Source: a bacterium (lineage in GTDB: Bacteria > Patescibacteriota > Saccharimonadia > CAILAD01 > GCA-016700035). Taken from it: a stretch of DNA of 58,494 nt. Where the stretch lies: the NCBI GenBank assembly GCA_016700035.1, contig CP064998.1, forward strand, positions 857,551-916,044, read 5' to 3'. Shown here piece by piece: positions 18,667-31,000 of the stretch. Each line of letters opens with the position of its first letter. Position 1 is the stretch's first letter. The position numbers and the translations under genes were made by a program. The notes beneath the pieces are model-generated. The model was not told the origin of the DNA, made no database searches, and was given only the letters and a program-made list of their open reading frames with translations.

Positions 18667-20337
18667 TTAATCAAAGTTTTTTCTGATATTTTTCTCTGAG
18701 AATGACCAAGATGCATCGGTTTTTTTATGAGGGTTAAAGATATTATCTGGATCAAAGATATGCTTTACTTTTTTTAGTATATTAAACATTTCTTTGCCAT
18801 ACATACTCTCTAGTAATGGGCCTCGAATCATGCCGTCATTATGCTCACCACTTAAGCTACCTCCATAACTTAACACTAAATCATTAACCTCTTTCATGGC
18901 TGGCATAATCTTAGCCCGCTCAGTTTTGAGCTCAATATTCATCAGTGGAATGATATGAAAATTACCATCGCCCATATGCCCCGCAACAGTTGCAAATAGC
19001 TTATATTTAGAAATAATTTTTCTTAGCTTTGGCAAAAACTCTGGCAGGTGTTCTGGCGGTACGATGAAGTCATCAATAAACGGTGCGGTATGCTTGTCTT
19101 TAACGCTACTACGTAAAATTTGAAAACTATACCGACGCATAATCCAAAACTTTTCACCTTGCCTTTCCCTGGGCGCCTCTTCAAAGCCGGAGATGCTAAA
19201 CTTCTTTGCATCGGCCTTAAGCTCATTATGCAGCTCTTTAATTTTTAACTCCACCTCTTCTGGACTATTACCCTTAATAGAAATCATTAAAATCAGACGT
19301 GGCACCCCTTTTAATAACAGTAGGCCATCAGGAATTAAACTAATTAGTAATCGTATAAATTTTTTCAAACCAAGTAGTTTATAGAACTTGGGCATAAATT
19401 TAATTGATAGTAATAGCGTATTGTCATCAAAAGACTCAAATCTAGATGGTTTTTTAGCAACTACTTTTTTAATTAATTCTCCGAGGTTTTTTGTGTCTTT
19501 CATAAACACTACCAACAACCCCTCTTCACTCCGGGCATCGGTCAACCTAAACTCTATATCAGTAACAAAGCCAAGTGTACCTTGAGCGCCGGTAATTACT
19601 TGAGTTAAATCAAATATCCCTGCTTCCCTATCCCAAACTCTCCACAAATGATAACCGGTGGAATCCTTACTAACATTTGGCTTGGCCTTTTTAATTCGAT
19701 CATAGTTGGCTTCTATCAGCTCATAGAGCTGTTTATAAACCTTCCCTTCAAAATCTTTTTGCTTAATCTTTTTATTAAGCTCAGCTTTAGTTAAGGGTCT
19801 TACCTCACGCTTCACGCCGTCAGCAAACACAAACTCAAGTTTATTAACAAAGTTCTCAACCTTACCAAACTCAATCGACTTTTCTCCACCGGCATTATTA
19901 TTTACCATGCCACCAACCGTACATAAATCACGCGAGGCAGGGTAAGTTGGCATCAAAACACCTTTTTTCTTAGCCTTTTCGTCAAAATCTTTATACATTA
20001 CGCCAGGCTGTAGTCGGCTAAACTTATTTTTAGCATCAATTGTTTCAATCTTGGTAAAGTATTTTTTAAAATCAACAATAATGGAGGTGTTAATAGCTCC
20101 GCCCGACATATCAGTACCTGCACCTCTAGCTGTTAAGGATAAATTGGGGTACTTAGCTTTATTTTTCTTAACAAACTCTACCAGTTTACAGACATCGTTG
20201 CTATCTTTGGGACTCACCACAACATCTGGTACAAGCTCAAAAAGACTGGCGTCATGACTATATAGCTCCTTTGTTTTATCATCATCGGCTACATCGCCAG
20301 CGATAATCTTCCGCAGGTCATCGGCTAAACTACTCAT
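18667..20337 (-). CDS. FAD-binding oxidoreductase (GlcD / D-lactate dehydrogenase-like, PCMH-type)
   Basis: 556 aa. FAD-binding motif ARGAGTDMSGGAIN and C-terminal FAD-oxidase motif GSLSGEHNDGMIRG. Confidence 0.85.
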   Translation of the reverse strand: MSSLADDLRKIIAGDVADDDKTKELYSHDASLFELVPDVVVSPKDSNDVCKLVEFVKKNKAKYPNLSLTARGAGTDMSGGAINTSIIVDFKKYFTKIETIDAKNKFSRLQPGVMYKDFDEKAKKKGVLMPTYPASRDLCTVGGMVNNNAGGEKSIEFGKVENFVNKLEFVFADGVKREVRPLTKAELNKKIKQKDFEGKVYKQLYELIEANYDRIKKAKPNVSKDSTGYHLWRVWDREAGIFDLTQVITGAQGTLGFVTDIEFRLTDARSEEGLLVVFMKDTKNLGELIKKVVAKKPSRFESFDDNTLLLSIKFMPKFYKLLGLKKFIRLLISLIPDGLLLLKGVPRLILMISIKGNSPEEVELKIKELHNELKADAKKFSISGFEEAPRERQGEKFWIMRRYSFQILRSSVKDKHTAPFIDDFIVPPEHLPEFLPKLRKIISKYKLFATVAGHMGDGNFHIIPLMNIELKTERAKIMPAMKEVNDLVLSYGGSLSGEHNDGMIRGPLLESMYGKEMFNILKKVKHIFDPDNIFNPHKKTDASWSFSEKNIRKNFD

Positions 20338-20346
20338 TACCCAGCA

Positions 20347-20826
20347 TTACTCCAAAATAGGATATTTTTTTACCATGCTTTGACTTACCCATTGTTTTCT
20401 AAACCCCCAAACCTGCTGCTTATTTGCTGACAATATCCCAAGCATAATGATTGAGTAAATAATATGCTCATCTATTAATGGGTTATTTTCTGGCAGTAGC
20501 ATTGACGACCACATCATCAGCATCAGTGTCACGCCAGAGATTGTGGCAATACGAATACCAATTCCAAGAATTAACGCCAAGCCAATTAGGCAAAGTCCTG
20601 CCATAAAAAGAATATCAATTAGTGGATTACCAGCTAAACTCTGATAAACATCGGCTAGTGGGCCTTTGGTGGCAAACTTTAGAAAACCGTCGGTTGGTGA
20701 GCCGCCATTAATCCAGGCTTTTTCACACATTATCATGACGGCATCAGTTTTGGCATCTCGGCAGGTTGAGAAACCCAGGCCCATCAGCTTGTCTAGAAAA
20801 GCCCAGAAGAAAGTTAGGCCCAGCAT
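20347..20826 (-). CDS. DoxX-family membrane protein (5' end possibly interrupted by an in-frame TAG)
   Basis: 159 aa with FWAFLDKL and 4 TM helices. An SD-preceded ATG at 20892 is in the same frame and is separated from this ORF only by a TAG at 20848-20850. Confidence 0.7.
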   Translation of the reverse strand: MLGLTFFWAFLDKLMGLGFSTCRDAKTDAVMIMCEKAWINGGSPTDGFLKFATKGPLADVYQSLAGNPLIDILFMAGLCLIGLALILGIGIRIATISGVTLMLMMWSSMLLPENNPLIDEHIIYSIIMLGILSANKQQVWGFRKQWVSQSMVKKYPILE

Positions 20827-21274
20827 AATACGAGCTGCAGCCCAGAACTAAACTGTCTTATCTTCATTGCTTTTTCTGATTATTTTTGGCATATTATCCT
20901 CTTCTAAGACATTAATACTTATGCTAGTAATATAGCATAGTTGCCTACATCAATCTATCAGACCTCTACAGTCCAGTATTAGGCGTCCCAACGGTAGCTG
21001 TAGCTAACCTGGCTGAGTCTTGGACTGCCAGGTTATCTTCTGAAGTCATGTCGTTAGCCGTGGCAGACAGCTACATACATATCGGTCTCTACTGTCTTAA
21101 TTAGTTAGCGGACCGACATAACCCCAATATTGGGTTGAGCACTATCTAAAATAGTATCACTATTTAAATCACCGTAGTCACTATCTTTACCACCCCCCTT
21201 CTAGATAGTCGAAGACTCAGATATGGTGGTTGTCACCATCAACACCATGAATATGGTAAATATGTTTATCTTTC

Positions 21275-21712
21275 CTAATTACTCTTTAATACGATACGAG
21301 TAGCTACACCATCATTAGCAGTGAAAACTGTAACTTTGTCACCTTTTTTAAGGTTAGATAAACTTAAAGTTTCAGTTTTTCTGGTAACTTTAGTCTTATC
21401 ACTAACCGTAAACTTCTCATCCTTATCAGTTGTCTTAACAACGATTGAGTCTTTACTAATACTAACTATCTCCCCTGTCTTGTATTTTGGTAAAAACCTA
21501 TTTGCATCACCAAGATTAGCAAATGGATTTGCAGCCATCTCCTTTTTAGCATTTGCCTGGCCCTGTTTCTCGCCATTCTTAAAGCCTGCATAGTATACCC
21601 CGCCAATTACAGCCCCAACTAAGACTACTGCAATGACCACCACAATAATCTTTTTAAGATTTTTTTGCTTACGACGATTCTGCTGTACTTGTCCAGCTGG
21701 ATTGTCATTCAT
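21275..21712 (-). CDS. hypothetical membrane-anchored protein
   Basis: I chose the ATG at 21712 because AAGGAGG lies 9 nt upstream. A basic N-terminus is followed by one TM (IIVVVIAVVLVGAVIGGVYYAGF) and a soluble beta-rich domain. Confidence 0.55.
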   Translation of the reverse strand: MNDNPAGQVQQNRRKQKNLKKIIVVVIAVVLVGAVIGGVYYAGFKNGEKQGQANAKKEMAANPFANLGDANRFLPKYKTGEIVSISKDSIVVKTTDKDEKFTVSDKTKVTRKTETLSLSNLKKGDKVTVFTANDGVATRIVLKSN

Positions 21713-22026
21713 ATATATCATCCTCCTTATTCCACTCAATACAATAGACTTCTGAAATCTAGTTTCATAAGCATTATATAACAATATTGTGACTCATGAA
21801 CAGATGTTTGAAATTGTAATTATTAAGTATCCCTCCCGCGGCTCCCCATAATCAGCTATACTTAGCTTAAGCATAAAAGGAAAGTTTGTGCTTAAACACT
21901 AGAAAGGTAAACTCTCAATCTAGGTGATGGAGTATTTATTTGGATATATAGAATTACAATATTCTGGTGGCTATACATGCCTTCAGAATAATTTACTGAA
22001 CACACTATCTAACAAAGGACATTCTA

Positions 22027-25000
22027 TTGAACCCCTTAACTAGTCATAAGTTTAGTCGGTTGTCAGGCTCTAAGGCTAAACTTAGTCGAATTATACAGGT
22101 ACGAAGAAAAACATCTCAACGCAACCCAGGCGAGAAAATGTTTATTGCAATTGTGGCCGTAGCGATTGCCGTAATAAGCTTCTTTTATGCTGGACTACTA
22201 AATGATCGTCACGGCGGTAAGGCTTTTAGTGGTACTGGCGATGGAACAATTTTTATTCCTTATGAGATAGCAACTTGTGACCAACTACAGGAAATGCGTG
22301 ATGACCTCGATGCTAACTATGCCCTAGTCGCCAATATCGACTGTACCGCTAGTTCAAGCTGGAACTCGGGTGCAGGCTTTGAGCCAATTGGCACTAGTTC
22401 AAGCCCCTTTATTGGTTCACTTGAGGGCTACAACTTCACAATTAACGGCCTTACTATTAATCGGCCGAGCTCCACTCAGCCGGTGGGTATCTTTGGCCAA
22501 CTCGGCAATACCGCAGATACCCAATCGATTAGCAGGCAATTTGTGCGCTCTGTTCTTATTACTAATCTTTCTATTGTGGGCGGTACGGCAAATACCGGTG
22601 GGTTGGTTGGCCATTCAATAAATGCAGCAATTGAAAAGGTGCAGATTAACTCCGGATCAGTGTCGGCAAATACTTCAACTCAATTTGTTGGATCTGGCAT
22701 TAGCGACAATACTGCTGGTGGGCTAGTGGGCTACTTTGAACTTCAATGCTCTAGTAATCAAAATCACTATTGTCCAAATACAGGGATACGCAACTCCAGC
22801 TACCACGGATCAATCAATAGTGGCAATGTAGCTGGCGGATTGGTTGGTAAGCTAGCGGCCCATAATGAGTACCCAATCATAACAATAAACAATAGCTACG
22901 CTGATGCCACCACCATCCTAACCGGCAGTGGCAATCAGGCCGGTGGCTTAGTCGGTGTAATGGGAGATGGATATTTATCAAATACTTATGCTAGCGGTAG
23001 CATAAGTGATAACCTAGGGAACACTCAAAAAGATATTGGTGGACTAATTGGTCGCGTGGAAGACTGGGTTGGTCAAGATGGCTCATATACATTCGGTGGT
23101 AACTTTAGTTTAACCACTCTAACTGCTGGTGCTGGTGGGGCAATTGGTCGATCGGCCGATCCATCAATTTCTCCTGTAATTTATTTTGATATCAGCAGAA
23201 GTGGATCTAATACATGTAGTTCAACTGGAGCGGGATATGCTGGTTGTATTGGAGTTAATAGTGGTAACAGTCAGCCAAATTATTTCTTTAATAATACATC
23301 TAACTCGCCACTAAATATATTTGACTTTGTAAATATATGGGACACACAAACTAGTGCTGCGCCAAAACATAAAGCCCAAACACCATTCACTACCCCTGAC
23401 GAAGTTACTGCTCTTTATAAATCAGCACAAGATCAGTCATCGGTCACGGTCACTTGGCTGCCACCAGCTAACGATGGTAACTCCGACACTATTGTTACCG
23501 CCGACAACACCCATTATGTAACGGGCTACACGGTCCAATATCGTGCGCAGGGCGATATTAATTGGCTCACCGCCTATCGAAACACTAGTAGCAGTTACTA
23601 CCAAACAGGCACCGGATCTCCAAGTCCCGTACATCATATAACTGGCCTACAACCAAACACCACCTATGAAGTAAGGGTTGCAGCCTTTAGTCCCCTTGGT
23701 CAGAGCACTTGGTCAAATACTATTACAGCCTCAACAGCGCCAAATTTTTCTGGAACTGGAGCTGGCCTACCAACTAATCCATATATAATTACTACCTGCA
23801 ATCAACTGCAAGAAATTAATAATGATCTAGATGCGCACTACGCACTCGGTAATAATATTGACTGTAGCGGTACATCGAGTTGGAATTCTGGTGAAGGATT
23901 TTCTCCGATTGGAGACTATAAGATCATTGGGCCTACCGGATATGCTAGTGGCTTTAGTGGTACACTAGACGGTCGTAATTATACAATTCAGAGCTTGTAC
24001 GTTAATCAGTCGTCGCGAGCGGGTGTTACTGCCTATCCAAATGGCTATTTTTGCTGTTCGCTCATTACTTCATCTGTAGGGCTCTTTGATACTCTTGGAA
24101 GTGCAATAGTTGTTAATCTATCATTCTCTGGTGGATCTTTGGTTGCTGGAAACACAAAGAATGGCACTACTCTAGCCAGTACGATTGCCGGCCATGAAAA
24201 TGGTAGTACCGTTCAAAATATATCATCCAATGCAGATGTCTCGAGTGGCTTCACTACTGGTGGCTTAATTGGTACTGCCACTGGCAACTATGATGCCTCA
24301 ACTAGCTTTTCGTATGGTGGATCTGCTATTCCTGCACCATTCCGAACCACACTAGAACGACTCAGCTTTTCCGGTAATGTTAGCCCTGGTACTATGAGTG
24401 GCTATAAGCCTACTGGGCAAATTATTGGAAATTCACATAGTGTTAAGCTGCGTGACAGCGTAGCATCAGGCACCACCACATGCGGGCAACATGATTACAC
24501 CATCGCATGTGGCGGCATTGTTGGAAACGAATATGACAGTACACTGGAGCGAGTTGCCTTCACCGGTACAATGGGATATTCATCCAGCCCTATTGGATCC
24601 GGCATGATTGGTAGTTATTCAGATACTTACATGGCCGATCAAACAAACATTACCGATAGTTTTTCTTCTGTAACATCAAGTAGTATGATCCCCAAATGCT
24701 CTGGACTCATTTACTATGTTAACCTATTAATTAACCCCCCCATTGTCTCCAATAGCTTCTATAATGGCACTGGTTGCTCGTCGACTGCAACCTATGGAAC
24801 ACGGATTAACTCAACCAGCTACTTCCAGGATAACAGCACTAATCCGCCATTTAATAATTGGGATTTTAACGGTTACTGGCAGCAAAACTCAGCCGCCTAC
24901 CCCACATTAAAATCTCAAGGTATTCCTGGCGCTCCGCTCACTCTATTTGGCAACTGGCAAAATATTAATGACTTCAAATTAAGATGGGTAGTTCAGCAGG

Positions 25001-28000
25001 ATAACGGTGGATCGACTATTACCGATTACTTAGTTGAATATAAGCTCAACTCAGACGTCAACTGGACCACCCTAACACATGCCCCTCTAGGTGGTAATGA
25101 CAATGTGACTGTACCGAATCTTGATGGCACACAAAGTTATGATTTTAGAATTTCTGCTATCAATGCAATAGGCCAGAGTGCACCAACCAGCTATACAGCT
25201 CAGGCCCAAACCAATATTAGCCCTACACCGCCATCCGAACCAATTGGCCTCTTTGGCGAGGGTGTTTCAGTTAGTCAAATACGAATTAGCTGGGCTGAGC
25301 CGATCTCCAACGGTAATTCACCAATTACAAATTACTCTATTCAATATCGCCCCACTCTTGGTGATGGGTCTTGGACAAGCTACGGATATGTTCCGGCCAG
25401 TAGCTTAACACGTATAATCCCCTCGCTAAATACAAATACTAGCTACGACTTTCGTGTCGCTGCAGTCAACGCTATTGGAGTTGGAGCTTGGTCAGACATA
25501 GCTAGTGCAGCCACTAACCCATCGGGTCCACCCATTCCTGACGACCCACCACCCGGGCCAAGTATTGGCACACCACAAAACCTAAATGCCACTCCGCAAA
25601 TCAATAGGGTTGACCTCAACTGGGATGATGTAGTTGGTGCCGATCATTATACGGTCGAATATAAAGTTTCCTCGGATAGCTCTTGGACTGTAGCCAATGA
25701 CGTATACTCATCATCGGCAACAATTTCTGGACTAGCTACTAACACCTCTTATGATTTTCGAGTTGCAGCAATAAATTCCAGTAGCGAACAAGGTGGCTGG
25801 GCTACTACAAATACCACAACACTAACTCAATCCACATATCACATCACCGACTGCGCCGAACTGCAAGGCATTATGATTGATCCCTACACTTTTCAGTCTG
25901 GCGATCTTACTGGCAACTATATCCTTGATAACGATATAGACTGCTCGGAAACCGCCACCTGGACTTGGGATGGACTTGTTCCAGTAGCTCCAGATGAGCC
26001 ACTTGGCTTCCTTGGCATAATGGATATTACGAATGGCCAGCCATTTACTGGGTCTTTTGATGGGCAGGGTCACACAATTTCTAATGTCTATCAAGACTTA
26101 CAGGGCTTGGCACCCTTCTCAGGTATCTTTGCAGCTGTGGCCGGTTCAACAATTGAGAATGTAACATTTTCCAATGCAACCCTTAAAGGCACAACTACAA
26201 ATACTCTTGGGGGCTCTGGTAGTTACGGCTTGGCTCAAAATGCTGGCTTAGTCAATGCTGGAATGGCAGTGGCAATCGAAAATGTTCATTTTACAGGCTT
26301 AGATATGACTACCTATCCAGGAGTCAATGCTGGCTTAGCTGGAATGCTTAGCATGGGATCGATTGTAGAAAATAGTTCCGTAACAGGCACCACAACAACC
26401 GGTGAACCTTATAGGTATGGTAAGCTAAATAGACCATCTGGTATTGCACGAGACACTAATAATAATATCTATGTTGCCGACACCTATAATAGTCGTATCC
26501 AAAAATTTGATAGTAATGGTAATTACCTACTAACCATAGGTAGTCCAAATGCACTAGACTACTATTCTTCAATAGCAGAACCTAGAGATGTCGTAGTTGA
26601 TGCCACCGGCAACATATTTGTCGCTGATACCGATGAGTATAAAATAAAAAAATATGATAGCTCAGGTAGTTATCTATCCCAGTGGGGGGCATATGGCTCA
26701 GGGAATGGTGAGTTCATTTATCCAGCTTCATTGGCTGTTGACAGCTCTGGAAATATATTAGTTGCCGACTCATACAATAGCCGTGTACAAAAATTTGACA
26801 ACAATGGCAATTATATTTCTCAATTTGGATCAATGGGTTCGGGAAATGGCCAATTTGGTAACTATTTATATATTGCAATAGACAATACAAATAACATCTA
26901 TATTGCCGATCAAGACAATAGTCGTATCCAAAAATTTGATAGTAATGGTAATTACCTACTTCAGTTTGGTACTTCTGGAACCAGCAACGGTGAATTTGAA
27001 AATATAAGCAATATAGCTATTACACCCAACGGACACATTTATGCAGTCGATAATGAATATCGCATTCAAGAATTTTTGTCAGATGGTACCTATCTTAATT
27101 CATGGGCCAATCAAGGGCTAGCTGACGGTAGCTTCATAACGATTGGCGATATTGTCATTAACTCAAGTGGACAGATGATAATATCTGACTATGACACAAA
27201 CTATATTCAGAAATTATCAAGCAATGGTAACTTTATCTCTAAGTGGGGTGGATGGGGTAATGTGCCGTATTCCGGAGGGTATATAATCGGTGGGCTTATA
27301 GGTGGTACTGATATAGGGAGCTCCAGTGGAGATGCAACAACCATAAATCAATCCTTTACTGATATAGATATAGATCTAGATGTGCCAGACTTTGTTGGGC
27401 AAAGCATGGTAGGAGGCCTGACTGGCGGTGGTAATCTAGAAATAAATAATACCTACACAAAAGGAGATACTAATGTTGCGATTCAAGATTTAGCTTACTT
27501 TACTGGTGCCGGGGGTATAAGCGGACAAATAGCTCAAGGCTCAATTAATAATTCTTATGCTTCTGGAGCAGTTACGGTTGCTGGTGATAATATTTTCTCA
27601 GGCGTCGGTGGATTGGTTGGCTTTACGTTTGGTGATATTAATAATTCTTTCGCAATGGGAGAAGTTACGGGCTCAACCGATCTTTATGGTTCAGCTGAGG
27701 TTAATCCAGGAGGCCTAATTGGAATAGTAGGCGCCACAGACCAGAATGATCCTTTCCCAACAATCAACAATAACTACTATGATCAATTTAGAAGTACCCA
27801 GCTAGAATGTGTGGGAGTGTATCTATACCTACAAACAGAAATGGAAGGTTCAGCCCCAGCCAATGACTGCTCGACAGTCAATGACAGCAACAACCAGCCC
27901 GACTACTTCTTTAATAATATTATTAATGCACCACTAACCTCATGGGACTTCACGAATATATGGAAAACCAACACCACTTCCCCGCCTGACTTTGTGGGTA

Positions 28001-31000
28001 GCGGAACTCCAGTTGGCCCTACAGCCCCATCTGTACCACAAAATCTAACTACCACCACCATAACCAGCTCCAGTATTGGTGTCCAATGGCAGGCACCAGC
28101 CTCTAACGGAGGGTCAGCCATCACTGATTACGTTATTCAATATAGACTAAGCGGTGGTAATTGGACTACTTTCAATGATGGCATTAATACAAGTCTTAAC
28201 GCCAACATTACCGGATTATCTCAATCTACTAGTTATGATATTCGAGTCGCCGCAATTAACAATGCTGGCCAGAGTAGCTTCACTAGCCCAATTACCGCTA
28301 GTACCAGTAGCAATATACTTCCCTCTGAGCCACGCAATTTAATTGCCACCAATTACCAATATATTGTCCCCTCTTTAGGTGCTGGACCCCTAGTACTACC
28401 TCATCTTAGCTGGGACTCCCCAGCTACTGGATCGCCTTTCACGGATTATGTTATTGAGTTCAAGCTTCAAGGAGAAACAAACTGGCGCAATTATACCGAT
28501 GGCCAATCCACTAGTACGAATCAAGATTTTGAATTTGGATTTGATGGTATGGATTTTCAAAACTCGAACAATAACACCCCCGAACAAAATGCTCTATTTA
28601 ACGAAGTTGTAGATGGAATAATATTTGGTCAAACCTATGAGTTTAGGGTCGCTGGAGTAAATGCCGTTGGGCAAGGGCCATTTACGCAGCCGATTAGCTA
28701 TGTACCCGCATTAACTGCCAGTGATTGCCAATTATTACATGACCTATTGGCAATGTATGGCATAACCAATGATGATATCGCTATTAATCCCCACTTTGTA
28801 CTCTTCCAAGACATAGATTGTTCCGATACCGTGAATTGGAATAGTGGGGCTGGCTGGAGCCCAATCGTCACAACGGAAGACTATTATTTCTCGGGCACAT
28901 TTGATGGCCAAGGACATAGTATAAGCAATATGTTTATCAACAATGACGATGAAGTCCCTGTAGGAATGTTCGGTATCACGATGCATGCCAGTATCGGTAA
29001 CCTCACACTTGATAATAGCAACATTAGTGGAAGCCTATCGCTCTATGGAGATGATGGAGATTCTGGTGCCCGTGTTGGTGCGCTTGTTGGAATAGCGCGA
29101 TCAGATACAGACATATCAGATGTTACGGTCAGTGGGTCTGTTTTCTCTGGTTATGCTGGTGGTGGACTAGTTGGTTACTCAGAGGCATTCGTTGATGATA
29201 CCAATCTAAGCAATATCAACTCTCACGTTAATATTACTTCCAAAAAAGAAACTTACAGTGGTGGGCCGGTAGGCGGCATTATAGGTGAAGTTTATGGTGG
29301 AGATGATAAACTTGGAACTTTCTCAAATAGTGACTTTGAGATTGACTCACTCGGCAATATTTATGCTATAAATACCTCTTCTACCAATAATAAAATCTTA
29401 CAATTTAACCCTAGCGGACAGCTCACATCCTCTTGGGGTACAGCTAACGATTTTGGGTATTATGGCCCAGGCGAAATGACAATGGACTCCAATGACAATC
29501 TTAACTTTCTAGGTATAAAAAAGTTTAGTGGTACCGGTACACCACTCTCTCAATATAATTATTCTGGACAACATCTATATGCTGATCATGCTGGCAACCT
29601 ATACCTAACTGGGTCTACTGACTATTTCTGGAACGGAACTCCTAAGGCTATTCAAAAGATAGGTAGCGATGGCACACTACTTGCCGAATTCTACACTAAA
29701 GATGAGATTCCAGGCCACATCGATGATCAGATTAACGATCTGGCTGTAGCGCCCAATGGAGACATATTCGTTTCTGCAAAATACAATAGTAATGTTCGGC
29801 ACTATAATTCTAATGGTATATTGCTCGGAAGTTTTGAGCTGGGCGGTGCAAATTACGGTAATCGATTAGTAATAGGTCAAGATGGAAAGCTATATGCCTT
29901 TAATTCTATCGGCATTTACAAGTACGACCTAAGTGGTAATCTAGAGCTTACGATACCATCGATTACCTATAGCGATAGTGTATCCGTAGACGAAGATGGC
30001 AATATCTACGTCGCAAGAAGTCAAACCCATGACGTCACTAAATATTCATCAACGGGAACCGTGCTTGGCCTTATTGAGCCTGGATATAGTGCGGGTGCAG
30101 TAATTAGTCCTAATAAACTAATTATCAAAGATAATAATTTATATGTGGCTGATTACTATCAGAGCTATGTTACCGTTAAGGTTTTTGATAAAAATACACT
30201 CACCTATTTACGGAAGATAGACGGAAAAGAAGATAATAATCCGTATAAAGTAAATATCACAAGTAGTTCAGCTGATGGCCACCTAAACGCAAAGTTTGCC
30301 GGTGGTACAGTTGGGATGCAACGTGGCGACTATACACTTATTGATGACCCTAATGAGATACCAGGCCTCGCAATTGAAGGTGTCAACACAAACACATCTA
30401 TTAATAATGACTGCCAGATAGCAGGAGGCATAATTGGTATCGCTCTTGCCGGTACCGATATCAACACATCAAACGCCCAAGGTAACTTCTCTTGTCAGGG
30501 GGGCAACTATCTCGACACCTCAACGCAGGTAAAAATTGCAGTCGGTGGTATTAGCGGGTTCCAAGGTTACTATTCAGCTCTACGCATCTCAAATTCCACA
30601 TTCAATGGAGATATTGCTGCAGTCCCGTACAACAATGATGATAGCACCGTCTATGCTGGTGGCATGGTCGGCATCTCCTCATCAAATATTGGGTACACCT
30701 ATCCTTCCGACATCATACCTGAAGACTACCTAAATAAACGAGGCTTAGTAATTAATGGCGGTTCGGTATCGGCCAATGTTCACGCATCTATAGCTAAAAA
30801 CGGTGGCGGAAGTGGGGGTGCAATCGGTGATGCTGAAAGTGCAGCTTTAAGTGGTGTGACCGTACATGGCAGTGTCCTTACCGATCAGATGGGCCTTCCA
30901 CGCACAACTGGCAGCGAGTATGCTGCTGGGGGCGTAATAGGTAGAAGTAGAATTATTGACATTGAATCAGTAAGTGCTAACAATTCTGTAAACACCTACA

